DNA of 64,000 nt, taken from a virus (Duplodnaviria > Heunggongvirae > Uroviricota > Caudoviricetes). The DNA lies in the IMG/VR virus record IMGVR_UViG_2547132035_000002; one strand, 5' to 3'. Shown piece after piece: positions 10,986-20,787 of this stretch (its first letter is position 1; the number at the start of each line of letters is the position of its first letter). The notes under the pieces were generated by a model. It was not told where the DNA came from. It was given only the letters and a program-made list of their open reading frames with translations, and made no database searches. The translations under genes and the position numbers were made by a program.

Positions 10986-11014
10986 AGACTATATTATGAG
11001 AATATAGTCCTGAT
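10986..11014 (-). terminator. terminator hairpin (gactatat/atatagtc) with T-run on the minus strand, downstream of parB
   Basis: 8-bp stem plus TTTTTT on the minus strand; similar AAAAAAGACTA...TAGTC architecture to the hairpin at 3070-3110. Confidence 0.45.
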
Positions 11015-11151
11015 GCCTCGTTTAAATTTACATATATATTGTATCACATATCTAAAGATATGTGTTGTCCTGCTTCGCATATATCATATTTTATTACATA
11101 AAATATTCATTAAATAAAAAGGGCTAATTAACCCTTTTTATAACTCATTTA

Positions 11152-12180
11152 TTATTTTAATAATTTTTCAATTTTATTCAAATGGTCCTGAAGCTCCTGT
11201 ATCTGACTTAAGAAACTAAGTTTCTCATCTTCTGATTGAAATCTGATATTTTCCATTACTGCAATATGTTTCAGATTTTTATTGCTCTTTATTACAAAGC
11301 TAATTGCATCGATTCCTCTCATTTTCTTTGTAAGCTTCTCTGTTTTCTTTTCTAGCATGTAAGTCTTAATATAATCACTTATTTCCTTAGTTGTCATCTG
11401 CTCAAACTTATCCATTACAGATATTTGCATAGCCGAAGGCATTCTTGACACTTCTACAGCCTGCTGACGTGTTAAAAGCTTATCTTCAAACCAGTCTGTA
11501 ACTCTTTTATCAGATGCACTATAAATTGTTAAGTACTCTTTGACTTTTGTTGCTGAAAAATCAAATCCCATCCTCTTAAACTCTTTGGATACATATTCAT
11601 ACTTGTTGACACCTTTTGGAATATGAACAAATTCACCTGTGTCACTTATTTTAAAGATACCATCAAAATGAGCGAAAACTTCTTCTACAGTTAATGGTCT
11701 GGCTGTAGTATTCGTTTCTCGATAAATTGTTTCAATTTCATCTTGAGTAGCACCATAAGGCAGAATAATTGCAAAAGCTTTTGAGTACTTTTCAATGTCC
11801 TTTTGATTACTCTTTTTAAAAGCTTTTTCTAGTAGCCTATTTAATGCAGCAAAACGTCGAGACCCCACTTTTATTTCATAGAGCCCAGTTGATTTTCCTT
11901 CTACAACTTCTGGAACTAGAATAATTGGTTGAAGTTGCCCTACCTTTGCAATTGACAATTCCAAATAGAATGTATCCAAGGCTCTAAAATTGTTACTTTT
12001 ATTGTCTATAATTTTTGATAGTTCTAGATATTCGGTTCTAAATCTGGATGTTTCACTCACTGTTTTTGAATCTGGGTCAAAACCAGTAACATCTATTCCA
12101 TCTCCAAGAGCTGAGAACAGACTTGATGAAGAAGCCTTATGTGTTCCCGTATCACTCATCGATTTCTTTTTTGGTGGCAT
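11152..12180 (-). CDS. parB: ParB-like partition/nuclease-domain protein
   Basis: GQLQPIILVPEVVEGKSTGLYEIKVGSRRFAALNRL matches the ParB box (GLLQPI...YEIIAGERRxRA); directly downstream of parA. Confidence 0.7.
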   Translation of the reverse strand: MPPKKKSMSDTGTHKASSSSLFSALGDGIDVTGFDPDSKTVSETSRFRTEYLELSKIIDNKSNNFRALDTFYLELSIAKVGQLQPIILVPEVVEGKSTGLYEIKVGSRRFAALNRLLEKAFKKSNQKDIEKYSKAFAIILPYGATQDEIETIYRETNTTARPLTVEEVFAHFDGIFKISDTGEFVHIPKGVNKYEYVSKEFKRMGFDFSATKVKEYLTIYSASDKRVTDWFEDKLLTRQQAVEVSRMPSAMQISVMDKFEQMTTKEISDYIKTYMLEKKTEKLTKKMRGIDAISFVIKSNKNLKHIAVMENIRFQSEDEKLSFLSQIQELQDHLNKIEKLLK

Positions 12181-12182
12181 AA

Positions 12183-13136
12183 CTATTCTCCCCCTTCACT
12201 TTTCTTTATAATTTCTTGAGCAAGGTCAATAATTGACTCAGTATAACTCTTAAAAGCCTTCTCGTTTTTGAGAACTGCTATAATCTCTTCAGAACTTACC
12301 ATTCTCATTTGATTTTTCTTAGGAATTTTCACTTCAAATACAGATATTCCTTGAGAGTCTCCAAAATTTCTTACATCTTCTATCAACTCATTATCATATT
12401 TTGTATCTGAATAGCAATTAAACAAAACCCCTAATATATTAAAGTCTGGTACATATAAGTGTAATTCCTTAAGATTGTCTATAATTGTTTGAATCCCTAT
12501 CGTTGATAGCATATCACTTGTTGTTGGTATAATTAAATAATCTGATGCAACTAGAGCTCCCATACTTAAGATACCTAGTGATGGAGGACAGTCAATTAAG
12601 ATATAATCATAATCAAAGTATTTCTTTATTTGCTCAATGATAACTTTCAAGACATATGGCGCCAATTTTCTATTTTCTGGCTTAAGAATAAAAGGTTCAT
12701 CGTTGGGCGTGATAAAAATCAATTCAGCCAAAGATAAGTCTTTTCCAGTTCCAGGAATCATATCGAACGCAAATTTTTTCTCGACTATATCCCACTCAAT
12801 GGTTCCTTCAATTCTCTCCGATTTTTGATATGTTGGAGTTATAATTGTTTCCTGAATATCTCGAACTGTTGGAACATCTCCGTATAACTGAAACATCTGT
12901 TCCAGCCACCCTAATGTCTTTAATCCATCTTCATCTTCTACAGCTCCATTATTTCTTATTTGTATATTTGCCAGAAAGCTAAGAGAGTTTTGAGCATCAT
13001 TATCAATAATTAATACTTTTTTATTAAAGGTACTCCCTAGAACTTGAGCGAGATTAATTGTTGTTGTTGTTTTACCAACGCCTCCTTTTTGATTATAGAG
13101 TGTAATTACTTTTGTGTTTTTGCCCATTGCTACCAT
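12183..13136 (-). CDS. parA: ParA/Soj-family partition ATPase
   Basis: Deviant Walker [15 protein letters not shown] and the [11 protein letters not shown] motif. Confidence 0.85.
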   Translation of the reverse strand: MVAMGKNTKVITLYNQKGGVGKTTTTINLAQVLGSTFNKKVLIIDNDAQNSLSFLANIQIRNNGAVEDEDGLKTLGWLEQMFQLYGDVPTVRDIQETIITPTYQKSERIEGTIEWDIVEKKFAFDMIPGTGKDLSLAELIFITPNDEPFILKPENRKLAPYVLKVIIEQIKKYFDYDYILIDCPPSLGILSMGALVASDYLIIPTTSDMLSTIGIQTIIDNLKELHLYVPDFNILGVLFNCYSDTKYDNELIEDVRNFGDSQGISVFEVKIPKKNQMRMVSSEEIIAVLKNEKAFKSYTESIIDLAQEIIKKSEGGE

Positions 13137-13695
13137 TCCCTTCTCAATTAAATTCCTTGCTTTTTGATAATATTTTTATATCCAAGATACTCTAATCAAA
13201 GTCAATTATAACTTGAATTGACTTTTTCCGCAATAGAAATTATTTTCATGGGTTAGTTAGCCCACATAAGCATAATTCTTTAAGTTTTTGGATTTTTTTT
13301 AATATATTTAGATAATTATATATTGAGAGTCAATAAGGTTTGACTTTTAAAGGAGTTCTTCTTAAGCAAATATAACACTAACTTTATATTTGCCACTATT
13401 TTTAAGGAGTTTCTAGAGGTTTTTGAGCGTTTTTTTGGACTTTTATTTCATCATACTTTTTTATGGTGAATTTTTTAATTTTGAAGATTTTAAAGCGATT
13501 TTATTGATTTCGCATTTTCTATCCCCTACTACCTCTCTCCCTTCTCCCTACTCCCCTATCCTCCTCTCAACATTCATTTCCTTTCTCTTAAAAACCCATT
13601 CCATTCACTTACCCAAAATACTTTGTTTGCTTCTGATTCAACCACATTCCTAGTTTTATGCTAAAGCAATACTTTACCTGATGCAACATATATTT

Positions 13696-13724
13696 ATTGA
13701 TTTCCAAAAGTATTTATGTTATAA
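13696..13724 (+). promoter_or_regulatory. sigma-A-type promoter (TTGATT-17-TATAAT with TGT extension), member of the conserved promoter family
   Basis: ttgatt, then 17 nt ending ...atttatgt, then tataat; resembles the promoters at 26854, 37854 and 44114. Confidence 0.45.
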
Positions 13725-13780
13725 TCCTAACTATAAAAGATGTTCGCTATTCGTAACTCACAAAAAAAAGAGGTGTCATA

Positions 13781-14144
13781 TATGAAATTTAACTTAAGAG
13801 AAACTATTCTTATCAAGCAGGAATGTATAGAGTTTTTATTAGGGACTGGAAAGAAAACAAAGATTGATATTTATACAAGATTTAAAACTTCAACTTATTA
13901 TTTGATGAGTATTGCTCTTTCAACATTCCTAACACTCCTCTATATCCTCATTTCTTATCAATGGAATGCTCAGGCATTTTCTCTGGTGCTGCTCATACTA
14001 TTTATATTTTTAGTAGGATTATCATGGATAATATTTAGATTTCAGTCTAAACAGTTTTGCTATACTGACTCATTGAACATGCTTGTAAGATACCCTCAGG
14101 AAATTCTTAGAAGTCTCTCTGAACAGCTTAGAAAGTGTTTGTAA
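13781..14144 (+). CDS. small membrane protein (2-3 TM helices)
   Basis: Internal ATG at 13781 preceded by RBS aagaggtg; hydrophobic stretches LMSIALSTFLTLLYILISY and FSLVLLILFIFLVGLSWIIF. Lies at the centre of the dyad region. Confidence 0.4.
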
Positions 14145-15535
14145 AGATTCTCTCGAGAGTCTTTTTTTATTCCACTCAAACTCAAGTCATACTTTTCTAG
14201 ATAAGCTTTATCTACTCTCAAAATTCTCTTTATACCCCAACTACTCCCCTTAACAGGCAGACTCTCATTAAAACCTCCTACCATTCTTTGTATCTATTAA
14301 AATTTAGAATTAAAAGAGGATAGAAGGAATTATAAAAGGAAACTTTTATATACTAACACATATCTGCATGACAAAAATCTCTTTAACTCCTTCCACAACT
14401 ACCTGTTTTTTATGTCATTAGATTTTTACTGGAATGTAAATAGGATTATCACCTATGCCAGTCATTTCTTTTATATACAAAGGCTAATTAACCTTTATCA
14501 AAGGTCAAGGGCTATTTAACCCCTCCCTACAATCCTTTTATATCCAATATAAAAACTTGCTCTATATAAAATTCTTTCTACATGCTTTTCTGCTACCTTT
14601 CATAAGGTGATTCTCAATAGATGATGAAACGAATCACGGTCCAACATAATTTAAAAAAAGGAGTTTAAAAGAGATTGAGGGATGTTAAGAGATGTTACTC
14701 AATTATTACTTTATCAACATTTATATATTTTTAAGCATAAGCATATAAAAACGCTCTTAAATCCCTCTCTCCGCCTCCTATTCGCAAACACCCTCTGACT
14801 ATCCACCAAGCACATAAAAGTCTCTTAGAATTGAAATTTAGAGATTATATAAGCAATCATATAAAAACTTGCTATAGCATATAAGCTCAAATGAAATAAA
14901 AGGGGTATAGGAGGAGTTTTTAAAGAATGTTAAGGAGGTAGTATATTCAAAGAGTTTTTCAAGATACCTGATAAATCCCTCCCACCTCACTTTATACTTA
15001 ACAAAGGCTGAATAGTGATAGTATAATGCTAATTCAAAAAATTGAAAAAATATGCGTTTTTCTGAAAAAATATCCAATAAAATGCATTCTGAATAAGAAA
15101 TAAGAAAAACCATAAATAAACGACCAAAATTCTCTTAAAAATAATTATAAATATAAAGTTAGTGTTATATTTACTTAAGAAGAACCCTTTTAAAAGTCAA
15201 CATAAAATCCTGCAAATTAATTAGAGCATTTTTATAAAAAAAGGTTAAATAGCCCTTGACCTTTACAATGGGTTAACTAACCCTTTTTATTTCACGAGTC
15301 ACTTCTCTTAAAACAATAATTTCATGATTAATATAAATACTCAATGCTAAAAAATATGATACAATATGAATGTATATTAGAACGAAGAAGAGGTATATCT
15401 CAGCAGAGGTATATCTTTTTTTGTTGAAGACAAGGTCAGCATATTGACTCTGTCTAAACAATTCAAGGAGGAGGAACATCAAAGAACAGTCTATTATACA
15501 ATTTCAATTATCTTATTATTTAAAGGAGGATAAAG

Positions 15536-16201
15536 ATGAAACAGAACAAGTGTCCAATATGTGGTTGCCTATTGGATGAATCAAATGATTTAAGATGCCT
15601 GCGATTTCCGATTTGCATCTATCAGCAAGTCACAGATAAAACGCTTGGTAATTATATCATGTATGACCTAGAGACAACAGGTTTAACTAATAAGGACCAT
15701 ATCATTGAAATTGGAGCTATTTATGTTGAAGATAATACTATTGTTGACTCATTTTCAGCACTATGCAATCCAGGGATTTTTATCACTCAAAGAATTGTTG
15801 AGATTACTGGTATTACAAATAAGATGTTAAGTGATAAGCCACCAGAATATGATGTAGTTAAACAGTTTGTTGAATGGTGCAACAGCAAAGAAACAAGTCT
15901 AGCAGTTGGACAAAATATTAATAGTTTTGATAACAGAATGTTAAAAGTAGCTACAAAGAGATTCAAACTTAACTTTCCATTTGAAAGGAGTCTAGACACA
16001 CTAAAGATGGCAATAAACATGAAGCTAAAAGAAAAAGGACTTGTTGCATCAAATCAGCAGTCTGACTTAGGAAAATTATATGGTATTGAATATGTCGCAC
16101 ATAGAGCTATTAACGATGTTGAAGCACTTTATCAAATCTTTGAACATCTAAAAAAAGACTATAATGGTGATTTGCCTATCTTAAATATTGATAAAAAATA
16201 A
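15536..16201 (+). CDS. DnaQ-like DEDDh 3'-5' exonuclease with N-terminal zinc ribbon
   Basis: CPICGC...C then Exo I YDLETTGL, Exo II, and Exo III HRAINDVEAL. Confidence 0.75.
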   Translation: MKQNKCPICGCLLDESNDLRCLRFPICIYQQVTDKTLGNYIMYDLETTGLTNKDHIIEIGAIYVEDNTIVDSFSALCNPGIFITQRIVEITGITNKMLSDKPPEYDVVKQFVEWCNSKETSLAVGQNINSFDNRMLKVATKRFKLNFPFERSLDTLKMAINMKLKEKGLVASNQQSDLGKLYGIEYVAHRAINDVEALYQIFEHLKKDYNGDLPILNIDKK

Positions 16202-16222
16202 AGGAAGGAGGAATGAAACTTT

Positions 16223-16960
16223 ATGGATTTTAATAAAAGAGAAAATAACCACGCATACAAACTAAATCTAGGAAACAGGACATCTCGGTCTATCCATTCA
16301 TCACAATCAAATAAAAGAACAAACTGGGTAGGGGATAAAGCATTTGAAGAAACTTCTATCCAATATCTTCAAAACACGAATATATTTAAGGATATGAATA
16401 TTCAGGAAATTGTGAAGGACAGGGATAGACAGCTACGAGGAATTGACGTCATTGCTCAACTTTATGGTCAGGATATCAAAGTAGATATAAAGTCTATTGC
16501 TTCACAGCTTCCAACATTCTGCTTTGAAATTTCAGGAAATATAAACACTTCGCAAAAAGGTTGGCTAATTAACCCAGATGTAGAAACAGAATACTATCTT
16601 ATCGTCTATCATGAGATTATTGGAGCTTCATCCTACAGGCAAGGTAAGGCTCTTATGACACAAGATAATGTAGCTGAAACAGAAGCAATGCTTATCAATA
16701 AAGAAACTCTTAAAAAAGAGATTGAAAGACATTTAGGAGATTTAGAGGTACTTGTTGATAAGATAAGAGCATATGAAATACACCAAAAGAGTGCTGCAAG
16801 GTTCAATGAAAAAGGAGAGTTAGTCAAAAATAGGAATCGCATGAATATCTATCCAGTCTTATCATGTGGATTATATGAGCAGCCAATTAACATTGTTGTC
16901 AGAAAGGAAGTGCTAAAAGAATTAGCTATTATGCATTGGATAATTCATGACAAAGGGTAA
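16223..16960 (+). CDS. hypothetical protein (possible PD-(D/E)xK-like nuclease)
   Basis: GIDVIAQLYGQDIKVDIKS resembles a D...(D/E)xK core; weak. Confidence 0.4.
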   Translation: MDFNKRENNHAYKLNLGNRTSRSIHSSQSNKRTNWVGDKAFEETSIQYLQNTNIFKDMNIQEIVKDRDRQLRGIDVIAQLYGQDIKVDIKSIASQLPTFCFEISGNINTSQKGWLINPDVETEYYLIVYHEIIGASSYRQGKALMTQDNVAETEAMLINKETLKKEIERHLGDLEVLVDKIRAYEIHQKSAARFNEKGELVKNRNRMNIYPVLSCGLYEQPINIVVRKEVLKELAIMHWIIHDKG

Positions 16961-17074
16961 ATGGGCTATCTAACCCCTTTGACACTTATAACATCCAAAC
17001 AGAAAAACGCAACTCATGAAATTTATGATAAAATATATACGTAAATCTATGCGAAACATAAGGAGGAAATAAAC

Positions 17075-17749
17075 ATGGCAAGCATTAAAGCAAAAAAAGC
17101 TGCAGCTACAGCTTCAAAATCAACAGCTGATAAAGAAAATCCATCAGTGGAGGTAACTTTTCCTAGAAAAGTTTCATTCGAAAATAATCCAACATTAGTC
17201 GGATTCTTCTCTGTAACAACAGAGGGCTTACCTCTATTTGGCAATGTCTCATTGACAGAAAAAGAAGATGACAAATTCTCAATCTTCTTCCCATATAAAA
17301 AGTATCAGGATAAAAATGGAGAAACTCAGACTCAAAGCTATATTCATCCTATTTCTAAGGAAGTTCGTGATAGAGTTCAAGCTGCTGTAGTTAAAGCTTT
17401 TGAAGATACAGTGGAAGAAAAGTTTGTGGAAACAGAGAAAGATGAAATGGCAAATGCATTAGAAGAAAACCCAACAATTATCCGTTTCCCTACATTGCGC
17501 GATGTTCCTACTTTTGAGGCACTCGTTGGAAATGCATCATTTGTAACAACTGAAAAAATGGCAATGCATGATGTCGAATTGCATCATGAAAATGGAAAGT
17601 ATCATTTAAGATTCCCATCAAGACGCTATCAAGATGCAAATAAGGAATGGAAAGCTGCTCCACATTGTGGAACATTCAATACCGAAGCAGCCAAAGCCAT
17701 TACAGAAGCAGCAGTTGAAGCATTTAAAGCTGAAGGTTTAATCGATTAA
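17075..17749 (+). CDS. tandem SpoVG-like domain protein
   Basis: Two internal repeats (VTFPRKVSF...FFPYKKYQDKNGETQTQSYIHPISKEVRDRVQAAVVKAFE and IRFPTLRDV...LRFPSRRYQDANKEWKAAPHCGTFNTEAAKAITEAAVEAF) follow the SpoVG pattern FVxhxxhxxPSxKTxDGExRDIAHPIxxxxRxxIQxAVLxAY. Confidence 0.55.
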   Translation: MASIKAKKAAATASKSTADKENPSVEVTFPRKVSFENNPTLVGFFSVTTEGLPLFGNVSLTEKEDDKFSIFFPYKKYQDKNGETQTQSYIHPISKEVRDRVQAAVVKAFEDTVEEKFVETEKDEMANALEENPTIIRFPTLRDVPTFEALVGNASFVTTEKMAMHDVELHHENGKYHLRFPSRRYQDANKEWKAAPHCGTFNTEAAKAITEAAVEAFKAEGLID

Positions 17750-17801
17750 GTGAAAAGGGGCTATAAAGCCTCTTTTTCTGCTAAAGAAGAGGTTTAGGAA
17801 T

Positions 17802-18371
17802 ATGACAAAAAATGTTTCACGTGAAACGAAATTCTTAAAAAAGAAGCCATCTATTCAACTCTTTTTAGATGCTTCAACATCAAATACTGGCGTTGTCATC
17901 TATGAAGAAAAAAGTAAGAGAATATTACTAGATGATATAAATCTCTCAAAAATCAAAAAACCTCTCCAAATGAAACCTGAGGATTTTGAAAAGCTCAAGT
18001 TTGGCTGCATAAAAAACTATCTAGATACTCTTAAAAACCAATATTTTATTACAGGTGTGTATATGGAAGGAATTTTTATTTATCCTAAGAGATTGAAATC
18101 ATCACAAACACTCTTGAAACTCCATGGTTTCTTAATGTCCTATTTTATAGATACTCCGCAGTACTTTTTATCACCATCAGTTATTAAAAAAAACATAACA
18201 GGTGATGGTCACGCAAAAAAGGAAACAGTCCGAGAAATTCTAGGATTAAAATATGGATATATTTTTCCAAACGAAGATATCAGTGATGCCTTTGCACTCT
18301 TTGCAAGTTATCATGAAGATATTGATAAAAACAAAATTACAGTAAAGGAGGAAGACAATGAAAGATTATAA
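17802..18371 (+). CDS. RuvC-like Holliday junction resolvase
   Basis: LFLDASTSNTGVVIYE (RuvC motif I region) and C-terminal ISDAFALFASYH (DAxDAxAIA-like). Confidence 0.55.
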   Translation: MTKNVSRETKFLKKKPSIQLFLDASTSNTGVVIYEEKSKRILLDDINLSKIKKPLQMKPEDFEKLKFGCIKNYLDTLKNQYFITGVYMEGIFIYPKRLKSSQTLLKLHGFLMSYFIDTPQYFLSPSVIKKNITGDGHAKKETVREILGLKYGYIFPNEDISDAFALFASYHEDIDKNKITVKEEDNERL

Positions 18372-18942
18372 AACAGAGGAAAAAATTCTAGATAGGCTAG
18401 AAGACTTACAAAATATAAATCAAGATATCTCACGCTTTGATGAGTATTCTGATAGTGCAAACAAAATGATTCAGTCATTCTATGAGAATAGTGAAGACTT
18501 TCCTGAAGAGCTTCATGAGACAATCAGCACACTAAAAGACAGAGGCTTTACAGATAAAGAAATACACAATCTAGCCAAAACGCTAATTAAGGAATCCTCA
18601 ACATATGTCAATGAAGCAAGAAAAACACTTAAAGGAATAAAAGGGGCGTCTGACAGTATTAAGTCTGAGATTGGTGAACTGATTATGACTGATGCAAAAA
18701 AAGAAGGGCTAACAGAGAAATCAATACATTTTAAGGGATATGGAACTGTCACATGTAAATATATTACTGTGCCAAATATAGAAAATGCAAAGGACTTCAT
18801 AACGTCTCTAGCTGAAGATGATAAATTGAGAGACTACATATCTATTTCCAAAAAAGCTTTCCGTGACAAGGATATATATAGTAGAAAAGGAATCTCAAAA
18901 AATAAAGAACTTGATGTATCTATCAGGAGTGAAAGCAAATGA
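18358..18942 (+). CDS. hypothetical protein
   Basis: 194-aa ORF, start overlaps the upstream stop (translational coupling). Confidence 0.45.
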   Translation: MKDYKTEEKILDRLEDLQNINQDISRFDEYSDSANKMIQSFYENSEDFPEELHETISTLKDRGFTDKEIHNLAKTLIKESSTYVNEARKTLKGIKGASDSIKSEIGELIMTDAKKEGLTEKSIHFKGYGTVTCKYITVPNIENAKDFITSLAEDDKLRDYISISKKAFRDKDIYSRKGISKNKELDVSIRSESK

Positions 18943-19280
18943 GCCTAAAAGAACAAGCTAAGAAAAAAAAATCAAAAGCTTTAGAGAAAATGGGGGATAT
19001 CTATAAGGAATTCCTACAGTCATATCTTGCTTGGCTATATCTTCAAAACCCCCGATTTGATGAATTTCTTACAAATGAGGAACTTACAAATTACCTATTC
19101 AATGAAATCTATATTCCCAATAATATCAGCCTTTATATAAACACCGATTCTCTCAACATTCTTTCCAAAACCTATGAATATATTTCCCGATACAAGGATA
19201 AGACATCAATCTTTACAATCTCTATGGATATTCATCCAAAAAGAAAAGGACCATATAGAAACAAAGAGGTAGTCAGATGA
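18939..19280 (+). CDS. hypothetical protein
   Basis: 113-aa ORF with ATGA overlap to the neighbouring gene. Confidence 0.4.
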   Translation: MSLKEQAKKKKSKALEKMGDIYKEFLQSYLAWLYLQNPRFDEFLTNEELTNYLFNEIYIPNNISLYINTDSLNILSKTYEYISRYKDKTSIFTISMDIHPKRKGPYRNKEVVR

Positions 19281-20269
19281 TTAAGAGAAATATTAAGTTT
19301 ATAGAGAATTATGAGAATAGGGAAGGGGATATTATTTTTATTGATAACAAATGCTGTATAACTGATAGCATAGCAAAAACGAAAGAAATTCATATATTAC
19401 CAGAAAAGATTGAAGCACCTATCATGTTTACAATAAAGGATTTTTATCAGGGATATAAGAGAATTCATGGCGCAAAGCATGTCTTTGGCATTCAAAACCA
19501 TAGGATAGTTATTTATATGAAAAAGAATGGAAGCTTAGTAGAAGAAATAACAATACCCTATAAAGAGGCGGATTTAAGTATATTGGATATTACTGGTGAG
19601 GCTATAGGGAATATTCATTCCAGAACGCTAAGAAATTTTAATATTCTAGAGGAAATGACAACAGGTCTCAGCTATCTAAAATTCCTGCAACATCCCACTT
19701 TCATTCTTCAAAATAAGGAACTTTATTTTTGGGGAACAGATTGCATTCATCAGCTAAGACTTGAAGGTGTCACAAGCACCAACAAAAATCTTGCATATCA
19801 TCTCTCAAAGAGTATCTGCAAGGCAATAAGTAGCTTTGCTGATGGATTATATGAAAATATAGAATTATCCATCCAAACTCGCAATCATTCCTCAACTTTA
19901 ATATTTAAGGGGAAAAATGATATTTATGTAGCTCCTTTAATAGACACAGATGAAGCATACTTATGTGAATATGCCAAAGCAAGAGAATATGCTCTTTCTT
20001 TGGAAGAACTGAAACAGCTGAAGGAATTGAATTTAAAAAAGAAGAATAGTTCTATTAATAAAAAAACAAATGCCCCATTCAAGGTCATTATTGAGGTGAT
20101 TGATGGTATATTCTATTTGCAAGGGGAAAAAATATTTGAGATATCAAAAAAAGTAACAGTCAAAAAGCCTATTGAATCTTACAAATTCACAAAACTTCTC
20201 ATGAATGCTGAGGAGTTATATCTCAGTTCTGAATATTTCAAAATGAATGATACTGTATTGATACTTTAA
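19277..20269 (+). CDS. hypothetical protein
   Basis: 330-aa ORF with ATGA overlap to the upstream gene. Confidence 0.5.
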   Translation: MIKRNIKFIENYENREGDIIFIDNKCCITDSIAKTKEIHILPEKIEAPIMFTIKDFYQGYKRIHGAKHVFGIQNHRIVIYMKKNGSLVEEITIPYKEADLSILDITGEAIGNIHSRTLRNFNILEEMTTGLSYLKFLQHPTFILQNKELYFWGTDCIHQLRLEGVTSTNKNLAYHLSKSICKAISSFADGLYENIELSIQTRNHSSTLIFKGKNDIYVAPLIDTDEAYLCEYAKAREYALSLEELKQLKELNLKKKNSSINKKTNAPFKVIIEVIDGIFYLQGEKIFEISKKVTVKKPIESYKFTKLLMNAEELYLSSEYFKMNDTVLIL

Positions 20270-20283
20270 ATGCTATTATATAA

Positions 20284-20312
20284 ACGAAAGAGACCCTACT
20301 GGGTCTCTTGCT
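20284..20312. terminator. bidirectional terminator hairpin (agagaccc tact gggtctct)
   Basis: 8-bp perfect stem between convergent ORFs 19277..20269 (+) and 20296..20787 (-). Confidence 0.6.
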
Positions 20313-20787
20313 CATCAATTGCCTGATATAAAAGTTTTAGCATTTTTCCTGTACTTGTTTTATCAATATTTTCTTTTTTTGATAAAGACTGATTTTTAAC
20401 TAATTCTCCACGTTCCTTAAGATATACTTCCGAATATGCCTGCATTGTAGCAATATATGTTTCATAATCTTCAGAAAAAACATTTAGTATATCTAAATCC
20501 AGATTTACTCGTGTAGAAGCTATCTGATAAATATCATCCAAATATTTGACTGTAGCGACTTGCCTTTCCTCATCTTCCTGTGCCTTGGATAGATTCGAAG
20601 TATAAATATCTTTTGCTTTATCAATTAAATCCTCATCATTATGACGATTGGCAATCTCTATCTCTTTGTAATCTAACATTTCTTTCCTGTCAACATTCTG
20701 ACAACCATAAATATTCAAAAAGAAAGAGAAAACCAATATGATTCTTATTAATTTTCTCATTTTTCTCCTCCTAATTAGATTTTGCAA
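20296..20787 (-). CDS. lipoprotein
   Basis: Signal peptide with lipobox (FLNIYGC). Confidence 0.55.
   Translation of the reverse strand: MQNLIRRRKMRKLIRIILVFSFFLNIYGCQNVDRKEMLDYKEIEIANRHNDEDLIDKAKDIYTSNLSKAQEDEERQVATVKYLDDIYQIASTRVNLDLDILNVFSEDYETYIATMQAYSEVYLKERGELVKNQSLSKKENIDKTSTGKMLKLLYQAIDEQETQ

Larger units (their letters stand above)
13137..15535. repeat. repeat-rich non-coding region with large-scale dyad symmetry; putative origin of replication and/or centromere
   Basis: 2.4 kb without credible ORFs except one small membrane ORF. Inverted repeats: 13336-13392 vs 15155-15212 (~55 bp), 13540-13565 vs 14905-14925, 14490-14520 vs 15240-15268. Polypyrimidine tract at 13520-13600, AGTCAAT-N7-ATTGACT palindromes at 13198-13226 and 13323-13346, and four GGGYTAnYTARCCC sites. 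Confidence 0.5.

Noticed and set aside
13423-15482. ORFs 13423..13653, 14096..14284, 14838..15113 and 15273..15482 in the origin-like region
   Set aside because: They fall on polypyrimidine tracts and inverted repeats. They have no RBS, low-complexity translations, and overlap a predicted promoter and repeats. Only 13781..14144 has an RBS and TM helices, so only it is kept.
13137-15535. CRISPR array
   Set aside because: The repeats here are inverted and irregularly spaced, without regularly spaced direct repeats, and there are no cas genes anywhere in the window.
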